From an uncultured delta proteobacterium (GTDB taxonomy: Bacteria; Desulfobacterota; RBG-13-43-22), in NCBI GenBank assembly GCA_963802945.1, contig CAWDKY010000029.1:211936-275935 (forward strand): a stretch of DNA of 64,000 nucleotides. Direction: 5' to 3'. A program made the position numbers and the translations under genes. Below are positions 41,767 through 52,099 of this stretch, one piece after another (positions within the stretch are counted from its first letter, which is position 1; every line of letters starts with the position of its first letter). The notes under the pieces were generated by a model. It was given only the letters and a program-made list of their open reading frames with translations, did not search any database and had not been told where the DNA came from.

Positions 41767-42579
41767 CTATTTTTTACTCAATTCCAGATTTTTCAAAGCT
41801 GTTTTCGCATTGGCCAGATTTTTTCCTGGGACATTGACTCCTTTAAACTCGCTCCACCTCGGATACCTATTAATGAAGTAGGTCTGAAAACCCCCTTCGA
41901 TTTCTGAGGTAAAGCCCATGGCGTCCAGCATATGATTGACGGAATATTTTACCATTCGCAACTGAAAGGGATTGTTTTCGGCCACCCGTTCGGCATAGGC
42001 CAGAGTTTTTTCTTCCAGCTTCTCACGAGGGAAGACTTTATTGATGAAATGGTTTTCAAGAGCCTCGGCTGCAGTGATAAAACGATGTTCAAAGAGGATT
42101 TCCTTGGCCTTGCGGGCTCCCAGGTCCCAAGGAACTGGGAAGTATTGGGTGTGGGACGGCAGGAATAAGGCGTCTTCGGAGGCGAAGATAATATCCATGG
42201 CCGAAGCGAACATCCATCCTCCGAATATGCAATAGCCCTGGACCATGGCAATGGTCGGTTTGGGCACATTGCGCCAGCGCAGGGTTTTATTGAGGTAGAT
42301 GTCTCGAAAGCGGTTATATACGCCCGGACCGTCGTTGGGGAAACCCCTGGTCTCCTTGTCAGCCGTTTCTTCGGGTGTTCCCAAATCGTGGCCGGCGGAA
42401 AAGTGATCGCCTTTACCGGAAAGGACGATAACCTTGACCGCCTCATCATTGGAAGCCTTTTCAAAGGCCTCCTCCATTTCTTCAATCATCAGGCGGCTCT
42501 GGGCATTGCGGTATTTCGGACGATTTAGAATGATTCGGGCTATTGCTGCCGGTTGATAGATAATGTGTTTGTAGTCCAT
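41767..42579 (-). CDS. Enoyl-CoA hydratase/isomerase family protein
   Basis: LNRPKYRNA, FSAGHDL, PKPTIAMVQG.CIFGG. Confidence 0.92.
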   Translation of the reverse strand: MDYKHIIYQPAAIARIILNRPKYRNAQSRLMIEEMEEAFEKASNDEAVKVIVLSGKGDHFSAGHDLGTPEETADKETRGFPNDGPGVYNRFRDIYLNKTLRWRNVPKPTIAMVQGYCIFGGWMFASAMDIIFASEDALFLPSHTQYFPVPWDLGARKAKEILFEHRFITAAEALENHFINKVFPREKLEEKTLAYAERVAENNPFQLRMVKYSVNHMLDAMGFTSEIEGGFQTYFINRYPRWSEFKGVNVPGKNLANAKTALKNLELSKK

Positions 42580-42680
42580 GATTACTCCTTCCTTTTTATT
42601 AGCTGCCGGTACCTGGGAACTCGATGGGTATCTTTAAACTTACCTAATGGAAAAAAATCCGGCCTATCACCGGGGTCCTT

Positions 42681-44411
42681 CTATAGAGACCTGATCCGCT
42701 TGGCCTTGGGCAGCAGGTCATCCAACTGTTTTTTAATGGCGATCTTGTCGAACTTTCCCACACTGGTCTTGGGGATGGCCTTGGTGATCAGTATGTAATC
42801 GGGAAGCATCCATTTGGTGAGCTTCCCTTTTTCCACGCCTTCAGCCTGCAAAAAGTTGAGGATGTCTTTCTCATCTTCTTTGGCCCCTGGAACGAGAGTC
42901 ACAAGAGCCATGGGCCTTTGTCCCCATTTTTCATCAGGGACCCCCACATAGGTGGCCTCCAAGACGAATTCAGCCGTGGCCGTAAGGTTCTCCAGCAAAA
43001 CCGTGGGAACCATTTCCGCACCGCTGCGGATCATATCAGACATCCGGTCGGCTATAATGGCGTATCCTTCTTCATCCATTTTGGCCACATCCCCTGTATG
43101 GAACCAGCCGTCACGCCAGACCTCGGCTGTTTTCTCCGGATTATTAAAATACTGCTCCATGACCCACGGGCCCCGGATCAGGATCTCACCCACGGTCTCG
43201 TTGTCCCGGGGGACCGATTTCCCATTTTCGTCGACAATCATCACCTCTACTCCTGGGACGGCCAATCCGGTTTTTACCCTGATCTCGTCCAGCTTTTCCT
43301 CCGGCCAATCTACCATGGTTTTCTTGACAAAGGCCCGGATGGCGGAAGGTGCTGTTTCCGTCATACCGTATCCGGATCTGGCCTTGAACCCGGGAATGAT
43401 CTTCTCGGCTTTCCTTTTCAATCCCAAAGGCAAGGCCCCGCCGCCGACGCCCAGGTTTTTCAGACTGCTGAGATCGTAGCGGTGAATATTTTCATATTCC
43501 ACGAGCATAGCCAGGACCGTGGGCACCACTGAGGTTGAGGTCACTTTTTCGGTTTGAACCAGTTCGCAGAATCCCTCCACCGTAAACGTTCCCGGCAGGG
43601 CCAGTTTGTTGGCTGAAAAGACATTGAGAAACGGAGCGCCCCAGCCATGCACATGATAAAGGGGTGTTACCGCCATCCAAACGTCTGCCTCCCCAAAATG
43701 AACCCGGGATGGATCGGTGAGAAAATAATTATAGGCAATGATATGCAGGGCCTGTAAATAGAGCTGCCGGTGAGTAAACATGGCCCCTTTGGGCAGGCCC
43801 GTTGTGCCGGTCGTATAACATAGGGTGGCATAGGTATCTTCATCGAAGATCGGCCACTCGAATCCAGGGGATTGCTCTTTAAGCAAGGCTTCATATTCAT
43901 AAAGGGGTTCGATTCTTGTTTGGGGGAGTCCTGGTTTATCGGACAGATAGACAAATTTTTCCACCGTGTCTTTGATTCGATCATAGATGCTTTCCAGCAT
44001 GGGCCAGAAGGTATCATCCACAAACAGGATTTTGTCCTGAGAATGACGGATGGTATGAACGATATGATCCCAGGAGAGCCTGATATTAATGGGATGCAAA
44101 ACAGCTCCGCAGCCCGGCACGGCATAGTAAAGCTCCATGTGCCGGTGATGATTCAAGGCCATGGTGGCAATCCTGTCCCCGGGTTGCAGGGGTTTCCCGG
44201 GATTAAGACCCAGCCGAATTTTTAAGGCATTGGCCAGTTGGCAGGTCCTCTCATACCACTGCCGCCAGGTCAACCGAATATATTCGCCGCTGTTAGGATT
44301 CCTGTAGACGAGCCCGATCTCATTAGGATAAAGATCTACCGGTCTTTTCATGAGGGTCTTAAGCAGGAGGTTATAGTTGGTACTGAATTCCGGGTATAAC
44401 CTCGAGGTCAT
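42681..44411 (-). CDS. Medium/long-chain acyl-CoA ligase (AlkK/DmdB-like)
   Basis: YTTGTTGLPKG, YGMTET, FHTGD, DEKWGQRP, PKTSVGKFDK. Confidence 0.92.
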   Translation of the reverse strand: MTSRLYPEFSTNYNLLLKTLMKRPVDLYPNEIGLVYRNPNSGEYIRLTWRQWYERTCQLANALKIRLGLNPGKPLQPGDRIATMALNHHRHMELYYAVPGCGAVLHPINIRLSWDHIVHTIRHSQDKILFVDDTFWPMLESIYDRIKDTVEKFVYLSDKPGLPQTRIEPLYEYEALLKEQSPGFEWPIFDEDTYATLCYTTGTTGLPKGAMFTHRQLYLQALHIIAYNYFLTDPSRVHFGEADVWMAVTPLYHVHGWGAPFLNVFSANKLALPGTFTVEGFCELVQTEKVTSTSVVPTVLAMLVEYENIHRYDLSSLKNLGVGGGALPLGLKRKAEKIIPGFKARSGYGMTETAPSAIRAFVKKTMVDWPEEKLDEIRVKTGLAVPGVEVMIVDENGKSVPRDNETVGEILIRGPWVMEQYFNNPEKTAEVWRDGWFHTGDVAKMDEEGYAIIADRMSDMIRSGAEMVPTVLLENLTATAEFVLEATYVGVPDEKWGQRPMALVTLVPGAKEDEKDILNFLQAEGVEKGKLTKWMLPDYILITKAIPKTSVGKFDKIAIKKQLDDLLPKAKRIRSL

Positions 44412-44448
44412 CTTGGGTTTCCTTTCAACCTGAAACTTAGAATTTTTT

Positions 44449-44631
44449 TTAGGCGGGTATCTTGTATTTTGCCCGGAGTTCGGACTGTTTATCTTCAGGA
44501 AGGGATTTCATAAAGGCCTTCCAGCCAGGGCACCAGTTGATATGCCATCGCCAGATACGGCCCAAGAAAGATTTAGGTTTGAGGTCATACTTGGCACGCC
44601 AGGAACATTGATTGCATTTGGGTTCTGGCAT
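44449..44631 (-). CDS. 60-aa Cys/His/Trp-rich small protein
   Basis: CNQC...WRWHINWCPGWK; SD GGAG upstream. Confidence 0.72.
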   Translation of the reverse strand: MPEPKCNQCSWRAKYDLKPKSFLGRIWRWHINWCPGWKAFMKSLPEDKQSELRAKYKIPA

Positions 44632-44671
44632 TTTCTTCTCCTTTCTTTTTTATTAATTTAAAACCATATTA

Positions 44672-44798
44672 ACAGGTTGCTGAAAAAGGCCCATCTACTG
44701 CGTTGCCCTCACCCCTCGTCTTTGCGGCGTACTTCTATGTACGCCTCATTCCTCGGGATTTCGGGACGCCTTGTATCTGACCTTTTTGAGCAACCTGT
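44672..44798. mobile_element. 127-bp MITE with 18-bp TIRs
   Basis: ACAGGTTGCTGAAAAAGG / CCTTTTTGAGCAACCTGT (1 mismatch); internal hairpin GGCGTAC-TTCTAT-GTACGCC. Confidence 0.82.
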
Positions 44799-44893
44799 AA
44801 AAATGAGTTGTTACGCATCCTTTTAATTTTACAAACCGAACTCCATTCCTGAAAATTGAGGAAGAAACGGGGTCCATTGCCAATTTTTATCTG

Positions 44894-46351
44894 TCATTTT
44901 TCGCGAGTCGGCGGTATGCCGGCCAAGGCCTTGGCCAGTTTCACCTTTTTATCCAACTCACCTTCCCGAAGGATCATCACCCGTTGGGCCTGAGGTGAGC
45001 CGGCCCCGTGCATGGACTCTACCAAGGCCGTGCCTCCGGTCATGGACTCGATCAGCCGGCCTATCTTGATCCGATCTTCGGTGGGGATATGCGCCACGCC
45101 GGAGAAATATTTTTTTACCAAACGGCCCGTATCTTCGCTCTTCAGATCGTATTCGCTGGGCAGGGTGGCCAGAAATCCGCCGGCCAGGTCGGTAGCCAGC
45201 CGGGCCACCTCGAAATGAAAACGGGTCACATTCTGCTTGCCCACATTGGCCAGCATGGTATCCACCATATAAGCCCCGGATGGGGTAGGACAGCCTTCAG
45301 CCGCACAGGCGATGGAAGAACTGTACAGGGTCTCACCCAGATGGATCATCTCGGTAATCTTGTCCCGCACATGGGAGGCCTTGTCCGTACCCTGAACCTG
45401 GGTCAGATAGGCCACGGCCCCGGTCAAGACATCGATCAGACCGGTCTTGCAGCCGCCGTAATTGGCCCGATGGTGGGCGGCAAAACGATAGACCAGGAGA
45501 CTGGTAAATTCCGTTTCGCCGTTCATGAATACCCGCTCCCAGGGCACAAAGACATTTTCAAAGGCAATGACCGCTTCTCCGCCGACCCCTCCGAAGACGG
45601 GATTTCCGGCATCGATCCGTTCTCTGTTATCCTTGCGGTTGTCATTGGCTTGACGGCCGAAAATCATGGTCACTCCGGGGGCATTGGCCGGTACGGCGCA
45701 GACCAAAGCATAATCCTTAGATTTTTCATCCATAGCCGTTGTGGGCATGATCAGGATCTCGTGGGAATTGACTCCTCCGGTCATATGCAGTTTGGCCCCG
45801 CGGATCACCAGACCGTCTTCACGGCGCTCCACCACATGGACATATTGATCCGGGTCGATTTGTTCGGACGGTCCTTTGGAGCGGTCCCCTTTGGGATCGG
45901 TCATGGCCCCGACCACCATAAAATTTTCCTCCTGAATCATGGTCAGCCATTTTTTAAAGCGCTCGAAATAATTCGTCTTGTACTTCTGGTCTATTTCATA
46001 AGCCACGGAATAGACGGCATTGATCCCGTCCAAGCCCACACAGCGCTGAAAGCAGGAGCCGGTCTTCTGCCCCAGAAGGCGGAGCAGCTTGACCTTTTTG
46101 ATCAGATCCTCCACATTCTGATGAACATGGGTAAAGCGGCTGATGGTCTGGCCGGTCAAATGGGAGACAGCCGTAGCCAAATCTTTATATTCCGGGTCGT
46201 TGGCCAGGGCATAGGTCACGGCCGCGGCCCGCACATGCGGGGCTGTGGCCGGATGACGGGTCACATCTTTGATCCTCTTCCCTTTGTAATAGACGACGTG
46301 GTTTAATTTCCTCAGGCTTTTCAAATAATCTTGAGCAGTCTTGATTTTCAT
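44894..46351 (-). CDS. abfD: 4-hydroxybutyryl-CoA dehydratase / vinylacetyl-CoA isomerase
   Basis: CFQRCVGLD, GAMTDPKGDRS, HHRANYGGCK, ESMHGAGSPQAQR. Confidence 0.9.
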   Translation of the reverse strand: MKIKTAQDYLKSLRKLNHVVYYKGKRIKDVTRHPATAPHVRAAAVTYALANDPEYKDLATAVSHLTGQTISRFTHVHQNVEDLIKKVKLLRLLGQKTGSCFQRCVGLDGINAVYSVAYEIDQKYKTNYFERFKKWLTMIQEENFMVVGAMTDPKGDRSKGPSEQIDPDQYVHVVERREDGLVIRGAKLHMTGGVNSHEILIMPTTAMDEKSKDYALVCAVPANAPGVTMIFGRQANDNRKDNRERIDAGNPVFGGVGGEAVIAFENVFVPWERVFMNGETEFTSLLVYRFAAHHRANYGGCKTGLIDVLTGAVAYLTQVQGTDKASHVRDKITEMIHLGETLYSSSIACAAEGCPTPSGAYMVDTMLANVGKQNVTRFHFEVARLATDLAGGFLATLPSEYDLKSEDTGRLVKKYFSGVAHIPTEDRIKIGRLIESMTGGTALVESMHGAGSPQAQRVMILREGELDKKVKLAKALAGIPPTREK

Positions 46352-46581
46352 TAATAAATCCTTTCCATTCTGACTTGCAAGGAATCCCGCCAGGTGGGTC
46401 CACACTGCTTCGACTGTGCTTTTTAGACGAATTCAAGGACCAGAGAAAGGCAATGGGCTCGCCGAAGTCTTGGTATAGGGAGCTTCAATTTTTAGAGAGT
46501 CGGATTATTTTTCCAGGCCTTGACTGATTCCGACCTTATTCCTTTTTATCCTTGATCAAAATTTTCCGCGCCCCTTTTAAG

Positions 46582-46614
46582 TTCAAAAAGGATCCGTTTC
46601 GGATCCTTTTTGAA
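46582..46614. terminator. Perfect-stem bidirectional terminator
   Basis: TTCAAAAAGGATCCG-TTT-CGGATCCTTTTTGAA. Confidence 0.8.
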
Positions 46615-46650
46615 TACGTTATCCTTATTTCCACGATTAAAAATATCGCT

Positions 46651-46914
46651 TTACTGCTTCTCTGGTTCGCTGGTCTTCCCTAAGGCCTTATTCTTGGCCT
46701 CCTTGGCCGCTTCGACTGCCTTGCCCGTTGCTTCCTTGGTTTCTTTTACCGCCTTTTCCGTTGCTTCCTTGACCTCAGTTGCTGCCTTCTCCGTTACTTC
46801 TTTAGCCTTGTCCGCCGCCTCTTTGGCCTTGTCAGAGGACTTTTGACACCCTAAGGTTAAGGAGAAAGAAAAGACCAGCAACAAACAAAGTATCAACACC
46901 AGTCCTTTTTTCAT
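46651..46914 (-). CDS. Small lipoprotein with 11-residue Ala/Lys/Glu/Thr repeats
   Basis: Signal peptide with LTLGC lipobox; TEKAATEVKEA-TEKAVKETKEA-TGKAVEAAKEA. Confidence 0.8.
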   Translation of the reverse strand: MKKGLVLILCLLLVFSFSLTLGCQKSSDKAKEAADKAKEVTEKAATEVKEATEKAVKETKEATGKAVEAAKEAKNKALGKTSEPEKQ

Positions 46915-47569
46915 ACCAACTATCAGCTCCTTTCATTAATATTAGACTAAACCATAAATAGAATAGAAATTATTATAACATAAATTATCCTAAAAAAAAT
47001 AAATTTCCCGATAGCCCGTCCATCGGTCATCAATACTATCAGTAGGAGTCAAGAGCAGACCCCCTTAAATGCACTCCTTCCTTGCCTTCCTCCTGGTTTT
47101 ATTCTCCTGGTTTTATTCTTGACTCTTTATTTTTATTATTTTATCCTTCATTTCAATTCTTATCAGGCAAACCGCAGCCAATATTTTTTTTAATGACGAT
47201 CAGAGGTTAAATTAACCCAAAGTGAGGTTTAAAAAATCAATCCGTCTTTCAAGTTGGACGGTTTATCTCTCTTCTTAAAAAATGGTTTCTCAATCAAGCT
47301 TAACCAGTTGCCGAGCTGGAATTTTACAATGAAATGATATGAAGCGCCGGTCCCTCCTGAAGGGAAAAGCCTGCAAAGTTCTGGATAGATATACACTAAA
47401 ACTAACCTTTGAACAACACCAAGAAAAAAGGAGGACAGATGGATTGTTGGGGATTTTCTGGCTGATCCTTGGGTTTATTGCCTCAGCCCGAATAAACCCG
47501 CCAAAGGTTTGATGATACTGGATGAGAAGGACTTTTTTACTTTTAACGATCAGAAGGAGGGGGTTCAAA

Positions 47570-48988
47570 ATGAAATTGATGGACAAAGGCATTTTCATTG
47601 TTATGAGTATTCTTTTGGTTTTTTTCCTGATGGCCGTAAGTTCGACCCAGGCCACGGCGGCGGTTAAAGGCAAATTCGATGTCAACAAAATGGGAGACAT
47701 GTCCGACTTTGATCCAAACAACCCGGTTATTCCAACCGGAGACACCATCAAGATTGCCGTTGTTGGTTCTTTTTCCGGACCGGCCGCGGCGGTGGGTCAA
47801 TTATACTGGTCGGTGGCCAGTTGGGTCTCCCACGACATCAACAAGAGGGGAGGCATACTGGTCGATGGAAAAAAGAAGTTGGTCCAGATCATCAAGGCCG
47901 ATCATATGTCCAGGCCGGACCAGTGCAAGAAGATCTGTGAGCAGATGGTCCTGCAGGAAAAGGTTTGCGCTTTTTGGGGCACCGATGGCAGTAATATGGT
48001 AAAGATCATGAACGAGGTGGCCGATAAATATCATGTCATTTCCCAGAACTTTACTTCTTTATCCGACGAACTTATGAATGCCCAAAATTTTTCCCGTTAT
48101 GCCTTCATGACCCAGTTTTCGACCTCTCAGGTTGGAAGGAGCTTCGCCTATTTTTACGGCCAGATCAGGAAAAGAGAAAAAAAGTTTTACCTCCTCAACC
48201 AGGATTACATGTATGGTCATGACATTGCTGAATCGTTTAAAAAGGGTTTAAAAGAATACTATCCCCAGGCCCAGGTCGTCGGCGAGGATTATCATAAGCT
48301 GTTTCTGACGGACTTTGCGCCTTATCTATCCAAGATCAAGGCTTCGGGAGCAGAGGTGATTTACTCCGGAGACTGGTATCCGGACTCGGCCAATCTCCTC
48401 AAGCAGGCCAGACAAATGGGGGTCATGATTCCCTTTGCCCACGTTTTTATGGGTGACCTTACGACGCTGACTGATGTCGGAATTGAAGGTTCGAAAGGAT
48501 TGCAGGGAATCGGTTCTTTCGGGAGTGGTAACCCGACTTTCAAGAAACCGGAAGATATCAAACTATATAAGACCTGGCACGACCTGTGGAAGACCAAATT
48601 CAAATCGCCTTATAACGAACCGATCTACGAACACGGTTTGGGCCGTTGGAATATGGATCTCTATTGGCTTTTGAGTGTGATCGAAAGGGCCGGAAGTACG
48701 GACCCTGAAAAGATTATCAAGGTCTGGGAGGGGGATACCTACCAATTTGCCAACGGTCAGATGGTGAAAATGCGGGCCTGTGATCATATGGTTATCGAGG
48801 ATATTTATATAGCCGAGTTTGTCCCTCCAGATCAACAAAGACAGTCTTTCAATATTCCGCCTTATTATTGGTCGAATAAATATTCCTTTATCGGTCCTGT
48901 AAGCAGGATCCCGGCCGAGAAAGTTCTTCCCTCGATGGATCCGAAACTGGAACGCTGCAAAGGGAAGAACCCAGCAGGAGATTATTAA
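47570..48988 (+). CDS. ABC transporter substrate-binding protein (LivJ/LivK-like), orphan
   Basis: Signal peptide, IKIAVVGSFSGP, DYMYG, TDFAPYLSKIKASGAE; AGGAGG SD. Confidence 0.88.
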   Translation: MKLMDKGIFIVMSILLVFFLMAVSSTQATAAVKGKFDVNKMGDMSDFDPNNPVIPTGDTIKIAVVGSFSGPAAAVGQLYWSVASWVSHDINKRGGILVDGKKKLVQIIKADHMSRPDQCKKICEQMVLQEKVCAFWGTDGSNMVKIMNEVADKYHVISQNFTSLSDELMNAQNFSRYAFMTQFSTSQVGRSFAYFYGQIRKREKKFYLLNQDYMYGHDIAESFKKGLKEYYPQAQVVGEDYHKLFLTDFAPYLSKIKASGAEVIYSGDWYPDSANLLKQARQMGVMIPFAHVFMGDLTTLTDVGIEGSKGLQGIGSFGSGNPTFKKPEDIKLYKTWHDLWKTKFKSPYNEPIYEHGLGRWNMDLYWLLSVIERAGSTDPEKIIKVWEGDTYQFANGQMVKMRACDHMVIEDIYIAEFVPPDQQRQSFNIPPYYWSNKYSFIGPVSRIPAEKVLPSMDPKLERCKGKNPAGDY

Positions 48989-49219
48989 GGGTCTCAAAAT
49001 AATATCAACATAAGAGGACCGGAAGTTTTTTTTGGGGGGATTGTCCAAAGGGTAACTTATCGCCCTATCCCGGCCCGTCCAGTCCCGCCGCTGGCGGGAT
49101 TAAATAATTGGCCCGGCAAAGAAGCTCCCAGGTTCAAGGTATACAATCCCCCAAAAAAGAACTTCCGGTCCTCTGTTAAGCAAGCCCATCCGCTTCATAT
49201 CAAGATTATTATGAGACCC
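48989..49219. mobile_element. 231-bp MITE with 15-bp TIRs, 32-bp subterminal IRs and TTAA flanks
   Basis: GGGTCTCAAAATAAT / ATTATTATGAGACCC; AGAGGACCGGAAGTT...GGATTGT (49013-49044) inverted at 49143-49174. Confidence 0.85.
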
Positions 49220-49417
49220 TTAATAAGAGCAAAAGGAGGGGAAATAGAAGGCCGATCTCCTGTTACGAAAAAAACAAAATGCCTTCACTCTGACTGATAA
49301 TCTTTTCTTTTTGAGAATCGGAGGGCGGGTTCAGATTAAAAAGCTAAGGCCTAATATATGAACCCGGCCCCATTCTCCTTGGTAACAGGATCAGGGTCAC
49401 CTTTAACCCCAAGACGA

Positions 49418-50962
49418 TTAGCGGAAAACCGGCGGCAAAAGCTGCAGATAGTCCTGGCCGGTTATGGCCCCGGCGCAAATAAAGGCCGAGTGGGCCGCCC
49501 CCTCGATGCCGCCTTCGTTGAGGCGCTGGCCGTAGGTGTCACCGGCAAAAAATAATCCCTCGACCGTGGGGCACTTAACATCCACCCACTCATCTTCCGG
49601 GTGTCTCCAAAGGATGCAGGTATCCCCGACAGTGAACAGCTTCCATTCTAGCGCCTTCCGCCAGCCGGGAAAGACAGTGTCGCAAAACTTCAACATCCGA
49701 TCGATCACGCAATCCACCTTCTTTTTGTCATGGGCTTCGCTGTCCAGGATACTGCTGGCCATACTCATCAGATGTTTGCCTTCAGGGACGGTTGTCGGAG
49801 CAATAGCCGACATGGCCACGATGTCCAAGGGTACATTCCCCCTGAACAGCCCCTCGCTCTCGGGAATCAACATGGAGGTATGATAGAAAGACCTGGGGTC
49901 CACCTTAAGCTCACAAAATTCATTCAGTGGTTTGGTCATGGCGAATTGGCCGGCGACCATGGAGGTATGAATGATCTTCTTGGTCAGTTGGACGAAATCC
50001 GCCGGCATGAGATTTTCGGGGATAAGTTTCAACAGAGGCTTTGGCGGGAGGGTACAGACGACAACCGGGGCCATAATTTCCATGGTCTTGCCCTCCAGTT
50101 CCGCTACCACACCCATCGCCTTGCCATTCCGGATGATCACCTCTTTAACCGGGGCATTGGTGACGATCTCTCCTTCAGCGTCTTGGACTGCGGAGGCAAA
50201 ACCCTCGGTAATAAAGCGGTGCCCGGGTGACCCGGTGAAGGCCCAAGACCCGCTGGAGATATGGACCCCGGTCTCCTGGACCTGCAGAAATACCTTGAGG
50301 TTCTCTCCGGCAGCGTTCAGGGCCGGATCATTAATGATGGTCTGGAAAGTCCCCATGGCATAATGGAACTCCTGAGCCAATTCACTTGAAGTGATCCCTT
50401 CCACCCAGTCTTTCAAAGTGACATGGTCCAATTTTTCAGCTTCGGCTATCGACCCTATCTGAAGCTTGCGTTTATGGACCTTGACCATTTCTCGATACTC
50501 TTCTTCGCTCATCCAACCGTATTTATTTCTCCGGCCGACAATAAAGGGCTTCCAGTCATGGTCATACCAGACAAAGCAGACATTGGGATAAAAAATCGAG
50601 GCCTTGTTAAACAGGGCCAGGGCCTGACTGACACGTCCCCGGTTGGTGTACCAGGCGCCCCGGCCACCGGCTTCGAAGACATATCCATTCAGCATTTTAT
50701 TCTTGATCAGGGTGTCCAGATCAGGTTCGGTCCGGTCACTGATCCAGGAATGGGCGGACATGGCCAGCGTCTTACGAAACTGGGCGGCATCGACAATCCC
50801 TTCCCCGCGGAAAGAGGTAGCTCGTCCACCGATCTGTGACGAAGCCTCGAGGATAAGGACCTTCTTGTGGGCCTTGTCGGATAACAGGGCCCCGACGGCT
50901 GAACCGGCTATCCCGCAACCGATAATAATAACATCGTAGTTGTTTGAAATTTTTGCAGTCAT
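49418..50962 (-). CDS. FAD-dependent oxidoreductase (phytoene desaturase-like superfamily)
   Basis: YDVIIIGCGIAG, LEASSQIGGRA, GLFFAGD, GIEGAAHS. Confidence 0.82.
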   Translation of the reverse strand: MTAKISNNYDVIIIGCGIAGSAVGALLSDKAHKKVLILEASSQIGGRATSFRGEGIVDAAQFRKTLAMSAHSWISDRTEPDLDTLIKNKMLNGYVFEAGGRGAWYTNRGRVSQALALFNKASIFYPNVCFVWYDHDWKPFIVGRRNKYGWMSEEEYREMVKVHKRKLQIGSIAEAEKLDHVTLKDWVEGITSSELAQEFHYAMGTFQTIINDPALNAAGENLKVFLQVQETGVHISSGSWAFTGSPGHRFITEGFASAVQDAEGEIVTNAPVKEVIIRNGKAMGVVAELEGKTMEIMAPVVVCTLPPKPLLKLIPENLMPADFVQLTKKIIHTSMVAGQFAMTKPLNEFCELKVDPRSFYHTSMLIPESEGLFRGNVPLDIVAMSAIAPTTVPEGKHLMSMASSILDSEAHDKKKVDCVIDRMLKFCDTVFPGWRKALEWKLFTVGDTCILWRHPEDEWVDVKCPTVEGLFFAGDTYGQRLNEGGIEGAAHSAFICAGAITGQDYLQLLPPVFR

Positions 50963-51101
50963 CTTCCCTCCATCAAAATTTCATAAATATTGATTGGTAA
51001 AGGCATCCCTTCAAAGTCACCCCGATTTTTTAGAGATCAATAGCAGGCCCCGGTGTTCTGCTTTAATAGGTTATGGTGTGCAAGGTTCAAGGTCTGACTC
51101 T

Positions 51102-51797
51102 CTAATAGTTGGTCAGGACTTCATTGGGCGCCACACCCAGTTTGACCAGTTCATCCCGGCTCTGTTCCTGCATGGCCTTCATGCCGCAGATTAAGGCAAC
51201 CGGGTGATTGAGTTTCTTAAGGGCCTCCTGGAAATGAAGGTGTACATATCCGGTCTTTCCAGTCCAATTCGTCCCCTCAGGGCGGCTGATGGTCAGAGTG
51301 AAATCTGGATACCCGATTTCTCCCAGTCCTTCATTTCATTGAGGAAGGGGAAGTCGCCGGGGAATCTGACACCGTATATCAATAACTACTTTCCCGAATT
51401 GTCCTCGCTGGGCGCAAAGGTGTCTTATGACACTTCTCATCGGAGCAATAGCACTACCTACCGCTGCGATAAGGAAATCACGCCCAGGATAGTTATCTAC
51501 GGGGAAGCCTTTGCCAATGGGTCCCTTCCCTTGTATTTTATCACCCTTATTCACTCGGAACAAGGCGGCTGACACGCCTTTGCCGTCCTTCACCAGGACT
51601 TCCAGTCCGTTCTTGTCATCCGGCGCGGAGGCGATGGCATAGTACGATTCCCCGATTCCCTCCATCCCGAGAATGGCTACCTGCCCCGGGATGAAAGACC
51701 ATTGCTTTTCTGCCTCCAGGGAGATGAGGCGCATCTGTTCCGTTTCTGTCAATACTTTCTTAACCGTAAAAATAATCGGGCCTGCGTCCATATTCAT
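51102..51797 (-). pseudogene. FNR-like FAD/NAD-binding oxidoreductase, two frameshifts (~51380 and ~51300) as assembled
   Basis: FIPGQ, YYAIAS, GPIGKGF, GSAIAP; downstream frames give YGVRFPGDFPF, WTGKTGYV, ICGMKAM, VLTNY*. Confidence 0.82.
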
Positions 51798-51844
51798 TAA
51801 ACCCCCTTTCATTCACTCCAGTTAAATTGATAGAAATTCTTTTT

Positions 51845-52075
51845 TAATAGGAAGAGTATAAGGCAAGAAAAAGACCGGGGCAAGGAGAAAAACAGGGCGA
51901 AAAATAGGGAGGGGATAAAGGGCGTCTTCTCCTCCATTCCGGCAGGAATCGAAGGACTTTGATTTGGGCCGTTGGTTGCCTGGTCTGACGGTTCGCTGCT
52001 TTCGTGGCCTATTCGGGCCATAAAATACCAATGCAACATAACTCAACAATGTCCCGGATTACGAAAATTTTCTCA
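51845..52075 (-). repeat. Promoter-carrying repeat, copy 1
   Basis: TTGCCC-17-TATACT (51883-51855); shares AAGGAGAAAA, CAGGGCGAAAA, AAAGGGCGTCTTCT and TTTGGGCCGTTGGTTGC with copy 2. Confidence 0.8.
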
Positions 52076-52099
52076 CCGGGACGAATTCAATGAGTACAC

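Noticed and set aside
45008-46306. 432-aa ORF on the + strand
   Set aside because: Antisense shadow of abfD with no recognisable motifs
47160-47215. GGCAAACC as a possible c-di-GMP-I riboswitch, or a sigma54 site on the minus strand
   Set aside because: No GNRA-capped P2 stem or GACGCAAAG continuation; GG-to-GC spacing is 9, not 10
51809-52049. 75-76 aa ORFs within promoter-repeat copy 1
   Set aside because: The frame is not preserved in copy 2 (ATG AGA TAA and other stops); the conservation fits DNA-level promoter features
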